Positions 46,094 to 56,187 of a DNA stretch of 64,000 nt are shown piece by piece. Under the pieces are notes generated by a model. That model saw only the letters and a program-made list of their open reading frames with translations. It was not told where the DNA came from and made no database searches. Location: the IMG/VR virus record IMGVR_UViG_3300000203_000003, positions 1 to 64,000 of that record; one strand, given 5' to 3'. Source of the stretch: a virus (lineage: Duplodnaviria; Caudoviricetes). A program made the translations under genes and the position numbers. How positions within the stretch are numbered: position 1 is the first letter of the stretch; each line of letters begins with the position of its first letter.

Positions 46094-46894
46094 CTATTGT
46101 CGATATTTACATTTATCGCCGTGCCACTTTTTAAGATTGGCGACATCCATTGATCTTTGACAATGGGGACAGGTGTCTAATATTTTTCTTTCCCCGAGAC
46201 CGAGAATCCATCCAATATTTAAATACGGACCAGTATCTTCCGGATCAAGTTGTTTTCTCTCGCTCGGATTGTTTGGATTATGTATCCATTGTTTCCCGGT
46301 GTTCGCTTCTTTGATTTTTTGTTTGTCTGCGTCAGTCCGACTTATTCCGATGTTCCATGGTTTTAGCCCGTTGACTACTAGTTTTTTCCTCGTTTCGGAC
46401 ATCTTGTGACACTCGGCCTCAGTTCTAGGGATACCTTTGTTCCATGCAGTTTTACCTCTCTTAGAAGCCGCAATGCGTTCTTTCCATTCTGGAGTGAATA
46501 TTTCAGTCGTTCTTTCAGGATGTTTTTTACCAAAGTTAGGATGGGCCTCTCCTCGTCGGCCCCGAAGAATCGCAGCCCGTTGTTCTTTGACTTGTTCGTA
46601 TATCCTAGATGATGGCTTGTATCTTTTGCCCAACTTCTTTGTATTAGACATGAACCACAGCGCATGAACCATTTTATATCTATTGTTACCTGTTGTAAAC
46701 TTTGGTAGAAGCAGATGACAGATGAAATGTTCCCGTGCAGTAAGTTTTACTATATTTGATGCGGCGTCCGTTCCGCCTAGGCTTCTAGGCAGAATATGGT
46801 GTTTCTCGGTATAGGCGTTCGGGTCATTTACCCTTGACAAGGCTACATTGATTATGTTATAATAACATTTATTATATTTGTTTAGTAAGTTCAT
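46094..46894 (-). CDS. HNH homing endonuclease with NUMOD repeats
   Basis: EKHHILPRSLGG..N.VKLTAREHFICH; WNKG repeats; C-terminal CPHC..H..KC. Confidence 0.87.
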   Translation of the reverse strand: MNLLNKYNKCYYNIINVALSRVNDPNAYTEKHHILPRSLGGTDAASNIVKLTAREHFICHLLLPKFTTGNNRYKMVHALWFMSNTKKLGKRYKPSSRIYEQVKEQRAAILRGRRGEAHPNFGKKHPERTTEIFTPEWKERIAASKRGKTAWNKGIPRTEAECHKMSETRKKLVVNGLKPWNIGISRTDADKQKIKEANTGKQWIHNPNNPSERKQLDPEDTGPYLNIGWILGLGERKILDTCPHCQRSMDVANLKKWHGDKCKYRQ

Positions 46895-46940
46895 GTGGTT
46901 CTTTCTATTACAATGTATTTATACTTAAAGGAAAATAAAA

Positions 46941-47483
46941 GTGTCCCACATTATGATCGACTGCGAAACGCTTGACACAAGCCCGTTTTGCGTATTACTT
47001 ACAATCGGCGCAGTGATCTTTGATCCTAAGGGAACAGGCATCATTGACAAAATTGATCTGCGTCCAACGATGGAAGATCAACTTGAACTGGGACGAGTTA
47101 TCAACGATGACACTGTTCGGTGGTGGGGTAATCAATCTGTTGCTGCTCAGGAGGAAGCACTCGGTGACCGTGATCGTATTCCGTTCAAAGAATGTATGGA
47201 GAAACTATACAAGTTCTGCTGGAATCGAAACTATGTCTGGAGTCACGGTGCAGCGTTTGACGTTGTGGCAATGGAAACATCGTGGGCATCTCTTGGCATG
47301 AGTGAACCTTGGTTGTTCCATACAGTGCGAGACACCAGAACTCTGTTTGATGTAACCGGTGTCAGTCTGAAAGATGATGGATATGTCACAACTCACAAGG
47401 CATCAGAAGATGCAGCGCGACAGGCATTCATTGTGCAGAAAGCATATCAAAAACTGATCAAGGCAGGAGTTACCCCTCCGTGA
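46941..47483 (+). CDS. DEDDh 3'-5' exonuclease (DexA/RNase T-like)
   Basis: MIDCETL, WSHGAAFD, RDTRT, H.A.EDA. Confidence 0.82.
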   Translation: MSHIMIDCETLDTSPFCVLLTIGAVIFDPKGTGIIDKIDLRPTMEDQLELGRVINDDTVRWWGNQSVAAQEEALGDRDRIPFKECMEKLYKFCWNRNYVWSHGAAFDVVAMETSWASLGMSEPWLFHTVRDTRTLFDVTGVSLKDDGYVTTHKASEDAARQAFIVQKAYQKLIKAGVTPP

Positions 47484-48064
47484 AGTTTCAAGGTGACGTA
47501 GATATAGATTTTGCTTCCCGAGAATTGATACTGGAGCATATCAAGCATATCCCTGCAGCGATGCGTAATGTCACTCCGATTCGCAAACATGCCACTGGTG
47601 TTCATATCACCGATGTGCCATACGATCCTGTCCATGACATGGCTGCGATTGATTATTCTAAAGCAGAGAAGCGCGGCTACTTTAAGTTAGACTTGTTGAA
47701 TGTTCATGTATATGAGAAGGTCCGTGACGAAGCGCATTTGAAGTATCTGATGCGTGAGCCCAATTGGAATCTGTTGAACGACAGTAAGTTTGTCAGCGAA
47801 TTGATCCACTTGAGTAATCACTTTCATTCTATACAACGCATGCCAGAACCGATTGACAGTGTGCCTCGACTGGCAATGTTTTTGGCACTAATCAGGCCTG
47901 CTAAAAAGCACCTAATAGGAAAACGATGGAGTGAAGTAGCGAAAGAAGTGTGGGAGAAGGATGCTGACGGTGGCTATAGTTTCAAGAAGTCGCATAGTGT
48001 CGGCTACGCGCACCTTGTAATCGTTCACATGAACTTGCTCAGGGCAGACGCCGAACCAGTGTGA
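47480..48064 (+). CDS. Miniature DnaE (C-family polymerase alpha)-like protein
   Basis: DVDIDF, HATGV, GYFKLDLL, LALIRP, GYSFKKSHS.GYA in DnaE order. Confidence 0.75.
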   Translation: MKFQGDVDIDFASRELILEHIKHIPAAMRNVTPIRKHATGVHITDVPYDPVHDMAAIDYSKAEKRGYFKLDLLNVHVYEKVRDEAHLKYLMREPNWNLLNDSKFVSELIHLSNHFHSIQRMPEPIDSVPRLAMFLALIRPAKKHLIGKRWSEVAKEVWEKDADGGYSFKKSHSVGYAHLVIVHMNLLRADAEPV

Positions 48065-48419
48065 TACTGCGGCGTTTAGATCGTCGTTTAGTAAGTTCAG
48101 TCATACTACAGACTGGACCATGAAGAACAACTAAACTCTTATTGTTGAATGTTCTGATATACGGTTTGAATGGTGCCCAGTCATCTTTAAGAAATAGATT
48201 GATTGGGATAAGTCTGTTTGATTCCCACCACCATATATCACCGAGAGATAGAAACTTCTCTTTCAACACTCCGTCGAGTATAGATCCGTAATCATATATA
48301 GTGGTTACCACATCATCACGATTCTGAACTATGCCAACGTAGTCTTGACCGGCATAACTGACGATGGTGATGAATGGGTGATTTTCAGTTAGACGCAGGA
48401 AGAAATCGTTAGCAGACAT
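48039..48419 (-). CDS. Hypothetical late protein
   Basis: TAAATA on the - strand just upstream; WWWESNR.IPI; basic tail. Confidence 0.7.
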   Translation of the reverse strand: MSANDFFLRLTENHPFITIVSYAGQDYVGIVQNRDDVVTTIYDYGSILDGVLKEKFLSLGDIWWWESNRLIPINLFLKDDWAPFKPYIRTFNNKSLVVLHGPVCSMTELTKRRSKRRSITLVRRLP

Positions 48420-48478
48420 TAAGTTTATTTATCGGGCAAAAGGTTAATCGATTTAATAGTTTGCAGACTAAATACAAG

Positions 48479-49249
48479 ATGTATTCCACACAAGTATTCC
48501 TATACACTCAGCGCCAGATAGTTGTTTTGCTATCTGGCACTTCACCGAGGTCATATATGCCCCAATACGCTAAACCACTTACGCTGCATCGCGGCGTTGA
48601 CAATCAACTCCAATTCAAGTTTCTGAACCAAGAACAAAAACCCGTGGACATCACTGGTCTGGAGATTACCTGTAGAATCATCAACGCTGACGGAACCGCT
48701 GTGCTATTCAACAAAGCACTTACCCTGACGCTACCATTGACCGGCCTTGCCGTGCTGACCATGAATGCTGCGGACCTTGAAGATATTGACGCACAGAAAT
48801 GCTCTTACTCTCTGGAGATACCAGTTAACAGTCTGGGTCTTCCCGTATTCGTTGATCAGAACGCAGGTGCCCGCGGCGACATGTTCATTGTGAACTCAGT
48901 GATGCCAAGCTTTGTTCCGTCTTTCTCTGTCTCTATCCCGTCAGGTCAGCCGTTCCCGAATATCTCTAATACGGCAAACGCCAACTCGCCGGGACAGACT
49001 TACTTCTCCAGTGTGCTTGATAATAACAGCAACCCGGTTCTGACCCTACAGTCAACATACGACGGTTACTATGGTAATGTTTCCATTCAAGGTTCGGTGA
49101 TCGAATCCGCAGATTGGTATGTCATTGATACCTATTCATACGCTAACGCAGCAGATACCAAAGGCTACACTGTTAAAGGATTCCATCCTTATATCCGTGT
49201 TGAGTATGTAAGCAACTGTGGCGCGGTCACGAACATATTGGCAAGATAG
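48479..49249 (+). CDS. Virion structural protein (baseplate-upper-like beta domain)
   Basis: Late promoter; [22 protein letters not shown]. Confidence 0.55.
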   Translation: MYSTQVFLYTQRQIVVLLSGTSPRSYMPQYAKPLTLHRGVDNQLQFKFLNQEQKPVDITGLEITCRIINADGTAVLFNKALTLTLPLTGLAVLTMNAADLEDIDAQKCSYSLEIPVNSLGLPVFVDQNAGARGDMFIVNSVMPSFVPSFSVSIPSGQPFPNISNTANANSPGQTYFSSVLDNNSNPVLTLQSTYDGYYGNVSIQGSVIESADWYVIDTYSYANAADTKGYTVKGFHPYIRVEYVSNCGAVTNILAR

Positions 49250-49252
49250 GAA

Positions 49253-49331
49253 TAAATAGAAGTGTAGTCCACGAGTCTCTTACCTCTCCGACTACTCTAC
49301 TGCTAAAAAGGAGCACCAGCATGAGTATTTA
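49253..49331 (-). ncRNA. HEG-leader module copy E (divergent, compensatory changes)
   Basis: On the - strand: CTGGTGCT/AGCAGTAG; GTAGTC-G-GAG/CTC-GTG-GACTAC. Confidence 0.65.
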
Positions 49332-50000
49332 TTCAAAAACCAATCCTCCCGAAGATTCCTATTTATACGCCTATTTACGAGAAGATGGGACGCCTTATTA
49401 TATCGGCAAAGGGACTTACAGACGAGCCTGGGAAAAGGGTAGAGGAGAAATTCAACTTCCTAGCGATAGAAACAGGATAGTAATATTAGAAGCCGGGTTG
49501 AACGAAGTAGGTGCGTTGGCGTTAGAGCGCCGATATATACGTTGGTACGGACGAATGGATAAGAATACAGGAATCCTTCGGAATATGACGGATGGCGGTG
49601 ACGGGGCAGCGGCGCAGTTCGTTCCGACGATTGTAAATTGTTACATAAAGTTATCACAACTAACTACCATGCTGCCTTATCCGAAACGCAGATAAAAACA
49701 AGGGCTAATAATTGTTCAGCCGGCCAACGAAATCGTTTTAAATTAACGCCCGAGTCAGTATTAACTAAAGAACGAAAGAGCAAATCGCATCAAGGTAAAT
49801 ATCTGATAATTAGTCCGGCCGGTGAATCTCATTCCGCGGCGTCGGGATTAAAAGAATTTGCCCTAATACATGGTGATCTATTGCAGGTAACATATTGGCA
49901 ATTATTCAACGCATATAGAAAATCTTATCATACAATCCCAACCAAAAGAATACGAAGTGATGCAAATAATTGGAAAGTAACCCGCATTGATAACGACTGA
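49321..50000 (+). pseudogene. GIY-YIG homing endonuclease split by a frameshift at GGGG 49603-49606
   Basis: [24 protein letters not shown]; adding one G joins it to ORF 49638..50000. Confidence 0.72.
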
Positions 50001-50044
50001 CCATTTGCGATTGCTTTACGAGAGTGTTTAGTGTATAATAACTA

Positions 50045-51031
50045 ATGCTTAACATAGCCTCTATTATTCCCGGAAAGAAAAAGAATACCAGTACTGGGTG
50101 GTTAACTTTTAATTCAGTATGTTGTCAGCACCGCGGTCACAAAGCTGACAGGCGAATGCGCGGTGGTATTAAAGTAGAAGGAAATACCCAAATATACCAT
50201 TGTTTCAATTGTGGATACAGTTGCGCCTTTACTATGGGCCGGAGCATCAATCAAAAGACAACTAATCTTCTCAACTGGTGCGGGATAGACACTGAACAAA
50301 TTCAGCGATGGTCATTTGAGTCGCTTCAACGCAAAGACTTGTTAGACTTTACACATACGAAGAAGCATAAATCAAAGATAACATTCAAAGAGTTCAAGGT
50401 GCCACCAGAGGCAACTCTTCTGGATCAAACAAATCCCGAACACCAGCACTATGTTGACTATCTTCTAAAGAGACACATCAATCCAGCAGAGTATCCATTC
50501 ATGATTACTCCGGGCATGCCGGGACGATACAGAAATCGGATCGTTATCCCGTATACATACAATAACAAGATCGTCGGACAGACAAGTAGATTTTTAGATA
50601 CGCTGACACCAAAGTATCTCAATGAACAGCAACCGGGATATGTATTTGGTATCGACTTTCAGAAGCCTGAGTGGCAAGTATGTATTCTGGTCGAAGGGAT
50701 ATTTGATGCGCTGAGTATCAATGGCTGTGCCCTCACACATAACACGATCAATGAGGATCAGGCCAGGTTACTTGCACAGTTGAACAGACGCATCATTGTA
50801 GTACCAGACAGAGACTTGACTGGTATGGATATATGCGACCGAGCATTAGAGTTAGGATACAGCGTCAGCATACCTGATTGGGCACCGTACATAAAAGATG
50901 TGAATGACGCAGTAGTAGAATATGGGAAGTTGCCGACGCTGTTAAGCATATTAGAAGCGGCAACTTCATCAAAGATAAGAGTAGAAATTCAAAGGAACAA
51001 AATTGTCAAAAGATTACAAAAAGGAAGATAA
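50045..51031 (+). CDS. DNA primase (T4 gp61-like)
   Basis: Zn finger C..H..YHCFNC, RIVIP, TOPRIM VEGIFDA, PDRD, KDVNDA. Confidence 0.9.
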   Translation: MLNIASIIPGKKKNTSTGWLTFNSVCCQHRGHKADRRMRGGIKVEGNTQIYHCFNCGYSCAFTMGRSINQKTTNLLNWCGIDTEQIQRWSFESLQRKDLLDFTHTKKHKSKITFKEFKVPPEATLLDQTNPEHQHYVDYLLKRHINPAEYPFMITPGMPGRYRNRIVIPYTYNNKIVGQTSRFLDTLTPKYLNEQQPGYVFGIDFQKPEWQVCILVEGIFDALSINGCALTHNTINEDQARLLAQLNRRIIVVPDRDLTGMDICDRALELGYSVSIPDWAPYIKDVNDAVVEYGKLPTLLSILEAATSSKIRVEIQRNKIVKRLQKGR

Positions 51032-52451
51032 GCAGGTAGAATACACCCCTGAGGTGCAGACATTATTTTTAAGGATGATGCTTACCAACGCGGTGTTGTA
51101 TACTCGCGTGGCAAACATTATGAATGCCGCAAACTTTGATAAGACGCTGCGCCCTGTTGCTGAGATGTTCAAGGAGCATGGTGAGAAATACAATGTGTTA
51201 CCAGATGCCTCACAGATCAAAGCATTGACGGGTCAAGACATTGAACCAATCCCCGAACTGAATGAAGGGCACTATCAATGGTTTCTGGATGAGTTTGAGA
51301 AATTCACAAAGAAGCAAGAACTTGAACGCGCAATCCTGAAGAGTGCTGATTTGTTAGAGAAGGGCGGGGACTTCTCCCCAGTCGAAAAGCTGATCAAAGA
51401 TGCAGTTCAAATCAGTCTGCAAAAAGATATGGGCACTGATTACTTTGCTGATCCGCGTGGACGATTGCTGGCACTGAAAACTAACAACGGACAGAATAGC
51501 ACAGGGTGGCCTACTATGGACAGGGCCCTATACGGTGGATTCAACCGCGGCGAACTTCAAATCTTTGCGGGTGGATCTGGTTCCGGCAAGTCTTTGTTTC
51601 TTCAAAATCTTGCTGTCAACTGGTCACAAGCAGGATTCAACGGAGCATACATCACACTTGAATTGGCTGAAGGTCTCTGTTCAATGCGTATCGATTCGAT
51701 GATGACCGATACATCGTCACGAAACATCTTCAAAGACATTGACAACGTTGAGATGAAGGTCAAGATGATGGCGAAGAAGTCTGGTAAGATGCGTATCAAG
51801 TATATGCCCGCACAGTCGAATGTGAATGATATTCGGGCATACTGTAAAGAGTTGATGATTCAAACTGGAGTCAAAGTTGACTATTTGTGCGTAGATTATC
51901 TTGATCTGATCATGCCAGTCTCTGTTAAAGTATCACCAGAAAATCTGTTCATCAAGGACAAATATGTCGCAGAAGAATTGCGTAATCTGGCAAAAGAATT
52001 GAATGTTCTGTTTGTGACAGCATCACAGCTTAATCGTTCGGCAGTTGAAGAAATTGAATTTGATCACAGTCATATCTCAGGTGGTATCAGTAAGATTAAT
52101 ACTGCGGATAACGTTATGGGTATTTTTACTAGTCGTGCTATGCGTGAACGTGGACAGTATCAACTTCAACTGATGAAAACTCGTTCCAGTTCGGGTGTTG
52201 GTCAGAAGATTGAGTTACAATTCAATGTGGAAACTCTGCGAATCACTGATGATGGCGGCGGAGAAGATGAATCAAGCTACAGACCACAGACAGCGCCGAC
52301 TCCGTCCCCGTTAGAAACAATAACAGGGGTGAAGCCTACTCCGTTTACTGACATATCACAACTTGCCGAAGTTGAACCCTGGACTAAGCACGTTGTCTCT
52401 GACGTTCAAGGCTCTAAGTTAAAGTCTCTGTTAAATTCCCTGAAGAAATGA
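51003..52451 (+). CDS. Replicative DnaB-like helicase (T4 gp41-like)
   Basis: STGW, GGSGSGKS, TLEL, VDYLDL, TASQLNR, KTR. Confidence 0.92.
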   Translation: MSKDYKKEDKQVEYTPEVQTLFLRMMLTNAVLYTRVANIMNAANFDKTLRPVAEMFKEHGEKYNVLPDASQIKALTGQDIEPIPELNEGHYQWFLDEFEKFTKKQELERAILKSADLLEKGGDFSPVEKLIKDAVQISLQKDMGTDYFADPRGRLLALKTNNGQNSTGWPTMDRALYGGFNRGELQIFAGGSGSGKSLFLQNLAVNWSQAGFNGAYITLELAEGLCSMRIDSMMTDTSSRNIFKDIDNVEMKVKMMAKKSGKMRIKYMPAQSNVNDIRAYCKELMIQTGVKVDYLCVDYLDLIMPVSVKVSPENLFIKDKYVAEELRNLAKELNVLFVTASQLNRSAVEEIEFDHSHISGGISKINTADNVMGIFTSRAMRERGQYQLQLMKTRSSSGVGQKIELQFNVETLRITDDGGGEDESSYRPQTAPTPSPLETITGVKPTPFTDISQLAEVEPWTKHVVSDVQGSKLKSLLNSLKK

Positions 52452-52470
52452 TGACAAAGATAAATACTTG

Positions 52471-52710
52471 ATGCAGCCAAAAACCAAAAGTCTACTGGAA
52501 GAATTAGAAGCCCTCAGCGTCAATCGTGATACCTCTCATGTTATTGAGTCGAGGGCTAATAACATCATTACCAGTGCTATCAATCTTCTTGAAATGATTA
52601 GCAAGCATTATACCGCCGAACAAACTGAAGTTTTAGAACGAAAGTTACTCGGCGCTATAAAGAGCAGAGACCAGACTAGGTTTGCAAAATCATTAAGGAA
52701 GAATAAATGA
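52471..52710 (+). CDS. Hypothetical late protein
   Basis: ATG 4 nt after TAAATA. Confidence 0.75.
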   Translation: MQPKTKSLLEELEALSVNRDTSHVIESRANNIITSAINLLEMISKHYTAEQTEVLERKLLGAIKSRDQTRFAKSLRKNK

Positions 52711-53303
52711 AGATTGACGAAATTATTGTAGAAGGTCAACAACTAGACGAAGCTAATCCATATGGATTGCTGCAACGCGCCGGATCAGCTATCATGGGTA
52801 AGCTGGGCAGCACAAAGGCGCAAGCTTCCGGCGATGTTGGTAAACGTGCAAATGAATTGTACAGGGGCTTTACGAATTGGGCAATGCGAGCTGGCGTAGA
52901 TATGAGTGCAGTACCTAAACTAACACTTACTAAGTGGCTATCCTCGCAACATTTACCCACTAAACTACCACCTACACTAGCATCGCTGCCGTCACTTGAT
53001 TTAGAAGATCCTAATGTCTCTAAAACTCTCTGGACAGCATTGGCTCAAGGAACATACAGTGCGGCTGGACAGCCAGCCAGCCGGCCTACTTTGGGAGCAA
53101 ACTACGGGATTCCTCAACCGACAAAGCGGCCGAGGACACCGGCCCCTAGTCCTACGCCAGCCCCCGGTCCTACACCGGCCCCTAGTCCTGCACCAGCTCC
53201 AGCCCCGGCTGATTTGCTATCTGAAATTCAAGCCAAGATTGCTCAACTTAAAAAGACAGATAGAACAGCATATAACAACTTACTCAGTAGCCTGATGCCG
53301 TAA
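52707..53303 (+). CDS. Putative head-internal protein with Pro-rich linker
   Basis: MKIDEIIVE..LDE N-terminus; PAPSPTPAP repeats. Confidence 0.6.
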   Translation: MKIDEIIVEGQQLDEANPYGLLQRAGSAIMGKLGSTKAQASGDVGKRANELYRGFTNWAMRAGVDMSAVPKLTLTKWLSSQHLPTKLPPTLASLPSLDLEDPNVSKTLWTALAQGTYSAAGQPASRPTLGANYGIPQPTKRPRTPAPSPTPAPGPTPAPSPAPAPAPADLLSEIQAKIAQLKKTDRTAYNNLLSSLMP

Positions 53304-53367
53304 CTATTAAATGTGACGGTATCCTGCTTATTTAACTATTAGACATAAATACATCAGAGGAAATATT

Positions 53368-54015
53368 ATGCTAATAGAAATAACACCGGCGATTGAAGAA
53401 ACTATAATCCGATTATACACCGAAACATATTCGGTAACTGATGTCCTGCTTGATCCCTTGATCAAGGGAATAGGAAGATTACGAATAGTAGAGGTATTGA
53501 AAGATGCCAATATCTATGAGGGTATTCGTGGAAAAAATCAGCAGGCAAAAAAACAAGAAAAAATAAAAAACACTATGCTTTCTAGATATGGTGTTGAGAA
53601 CAATGGGCAGCGACCTGGCCAGGGGTTTGGGGAACGTAATAAAATTCCATATACTAACGTGGAGTTTTTGGATGAAGGTTATAAACTATATAGAAAAGCG
53701 GTAGAGCATCAAACCAATAAAACGATACATTCTATGGTAAAACCGGATACATGTTTTTATACCGGGATTAGATTTGCTGACGTTGACGCGGAACATGTTA
53801 ATCCTAACGACCAGCGAAAGAGAACAATCGATCATAAGATACCGGTAATCATCGGATACTTGCAAGGACGAACGGTAGAAGAAATATCATCTCCGGAGAA
53901 CATAACATTTGTATTGCGATATGTAAATACTATAAAGGGTAATACACTACATGAGAACTTTTTACCTATCGCAGAATATATCAAACTAGCATTTATCAAA
54001 AGGGATACTAAATGA
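53368..54015 (+). CDS. HNH-family homing endonuclease-like protein
   Basis: KIKNT.L.RYGVEN motif; TIDHKIP..EN....N..KG. Confidence 0.7.
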   Translation: MLIEITPAIEETIIRLYTETYSVTDVLLDPLIKGIGRLRIVEVLKDANIYEGIRGKNQQAKKQEKIKNTMLSRYGVENNGQRPGQGFGERNKIPYTNVEFLDEGYKLYRKAVEHQTNKTIHSMVKPDTCFYTGIRFADVDAEHVNPNDQRKRTIDHKIPVIIGYLQGRTVEEISSPENITFVLRYVNTIKGNTLHENFLPIAEYIKLAFIKRDTK

Positions 54016-55166
54016 AAGCCGAAGACTTCAGAAAAACATCTAACATCTTAACCAAACTGTCTTTAACAGAGGATAAAGGTCATTTAGATCATCCCGAAGA
54101 CCTAATATTCTTAGAAGGATCAACGGGGGCATCCCGAGCCTTGCGCTCAATACTTGATACTGTAAAAAATCCACATAAGATAACCATAAAGTTCGATGGT
54201 TACCCAGCCTTAATATTTGGTCGTAACGCCAATGGTCGATTCAGCATCATGGACAAGCACATGTTCAACAAGAAAGACGGCACTGGAAGAAATGTATTCA
54301 GTCCGGAACAGTTCAGACAATATGATCTGGCCCGCGGTGTTGACCGATCTGATCTGCATCGTCTTATCAATGAAATCTGGCCCGGGCTTGATCATGCATC
54401 AAAGACTGCGCCGGGATACTATTGGGGCGATCTGCTGTTTAGCAAGCCTCTTCAGAAAAACTCTCATGGGCTGTACCAGTTCAAGGCAAACCCGAATGGA
54501 CTTGCTTACACGGTACAAGTTGACAGCGAAGTAGGCGAACTAATGGCTGGCAAGACCGCAGGGGTAGCGGTCCATCAACAACTGTCACCTGATGCTCAAA
54601 CGACTGACCAGGCACAGTCATTAGATGGAACTATTGGTCAATTACAAAACAACTCTAATGTGGCAATCATACCAAGCGCAATGCCATATAAACCGAATCT
54701 GCACCTTGAACCTACCCTAGTTCAGAACGTAAACGCTGCTATCGGACGATATGGCAAAGCAGTCGATAAAATGATGGACGAGGCCCCTCAATCGCGTCCG
54801 GCGTTTAATGGTCTGTTTACCACATACATCAATAAGAAGATAGTATCAGGCAATCTTGACAATCTGATTGCAGGGTTCATGGAGCACTTTGAGAACAAAA
54901 ATAAGAACCCCGGCGGCATGGAGATGCAGTTGTCGAATCACTTTCACGAAAACGAAGAGGGTCTCGTCGGTGCGTTCACTATCTGGATCGAAATATACAA
55001 ACTGAAGATGTCCGTAGTGGCTCAGTTAAACAAAGCCGCAGAAGAATCGCCGGTTAAGGGTTATCTCCAAGACGGCACTGAAACACACGAAGGATTCGTC
55101 AGCAACGGGCTGAAATTCGTGGATAGAATGGGATTCAGTCGCCAAAATCTAGCCGGTCAGCGATAA
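54012..55166 (+). CDS. Ligase-fold nucleotidyltransferase-like protein
   Basis: HLDHPED, TIKFDG (KxDG), WGDLL, HEGFV, LKFVDR. Confidence 0.5.
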   Translation: MKAEDFRKTSNILTKLSLTEDKGHLDHPEDLIFLEGSTGASRALRSILDTVKNPHKITIKFDGYPALIFGRNANGRFSIMDKHMFNKKDGTGRNVFSPEQFRQYDLARGVDRSDLHRLINEIWPGLDHASKTAPGYYWGDLLFSKPLQKNSHGLYQFKANPNGLAYTVQVDSEVGELMAGKTAGVAVHQQLSPDAQTTDQAQSLDGTIGQLQNNSNVAIIPSAMPYKPNLHLEPTLVQNVNAAIGRYGKAVDKMMDEAPQSRPAFNGLFTTYINKKIVSGNLDNLIAGFMEHFENKNKNPGGMEMQLSNHFHENEEGLVGAFTIWIEIYKLKMSVVAQLNKAAEESPVKGYLQDGTETHEGFVSNGLKFVDRMGFSRQNLAGQR

Positions 55167-55247
55167 TAAACCACCCTTTTTTGCCATATGGCATAAATAC
55201 TTTTATGCGATTCTATACGGAGCGCAAACATTTTAAAGGAAACTATC

Positions 55248-55664
55248 ATGTCAGGATTTACAAGAGTTAACGGCGATGCACAACCAGTATTCGCCATCGA
55301 TACACAAAACGGCCCAATCGCTCCAGCAACACTAGCTACAGGCAACGGCATCACAACCAACTTCATCGGCCCAGCGTTAGATTTCTTCGCTATCGATGTC
55401 AAGGCTGATCCAGCTGCTGAACTAGGCGTCGGCGAAATGGTCTCTTTACTGATGACTAACATCGCTCAGATGGCTACAGTTATGATGTATCAAGTGTCTG
55501 TTACTAACACCCGTGTTAGCGTTGCTGTATACCCAATCGGTGCTTACACTGCTGGTACATTACAGACTCAAGTTCAAGCAATGGGCGCAACAGTTGGTCC
55601 AAACAACTTTGACTTGTCAAGTGCTACAGTTACTAACGTTGGCTTCAAGTTAGCAATCGCTTAA
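55248..55664 (+). CDS. Probable abundant virion structural protein
   Basis: Late promoter, AAGGAA SD, strong codon bias, own terminator. Confidence 0.6.
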   Translation: MSGFTRVNGDAQPVFAIDTQNGPIAPATLATGNGITTNFIGPALDFFAIDVKADPAAELGVGEMVSLLMTNIAQMATVMMYQVSVTNTRVSVAVYPIGAYTAGTLQTQVQAMGATVGPNNFDLSSATVTNVGFKLAIA

Positions 55665-55683
55665 TCAATTCATTGATTGAAAG

Positions 55684-55712
55684 AACCCGAGATTTATTCT
55701 TGGGTTTTTTTT
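55684..55712 (+). terminator. Intrinsic terminator
   Basis: AACCCGAGA..TCTTGGGTTTTTTTT. Confidence 0.7.
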
Positions 55713-55728
55713 CCTCTATAAATAGCAT

Positions 55729-56187
55729 ATGAGTTTCAGAATCACATGTTACACGCTTTTCGACATAACGCAGACCGGCGTAATGAACCGGTCCCGTCCT
55801 GGTATCGATGAGGATATGTCTACTTGGCTTCACAAACGAAACACTCAATGTAACTTCGACACTATTCTACAATCTATATCGCTGCGCTCACAGCCTGAGG
55901 TGGTAAACTCCCCGACAAGAACTGACATACAGTTTGACAACTTCACTGAGTTTGGCTTTCTGTTCAATCAACAAGATGATGAAGTTTATTCTTGCTGGTC
56001 ATTTGAGTTTGATGTTCATCATACAGGTGTATTTGACAACGGAATCACGGAGCTTGGTGCTCTATACAGCGATTGTGACATGGTCCCGATGATCAAATGC
56101 GGGACTGAGTGGGACAAACTACCTGCGTTCCTTGATACATCAGACGAACTACGAAATATATACTTTAAGGTAACTGAGAATGGCTAA
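55729..56187 (+). CDS. Hypothetical late protein
   Basis: ATG 4 nt after TATAAATA. Confidence 0.75.
   Translation: MSFRITCYTLFDITQTGVMNRSRPGIDEDMSTWLHKRNTQCNFDTILQSISLRSQPEVVNSPTRTDIQFDNFTEFGFLFNQQDDEVYSCWSFEFDVHHTGVFDNGITELGALYSDCDMVPMIKCGTEWDKLPAFLDTSDELRNIYFKVTENG

Noticed and set aside
53137-53210. Short GC-rich repeats
   Set aside because: Explained by a Pro/Ala/Thr linker in the coding sequence
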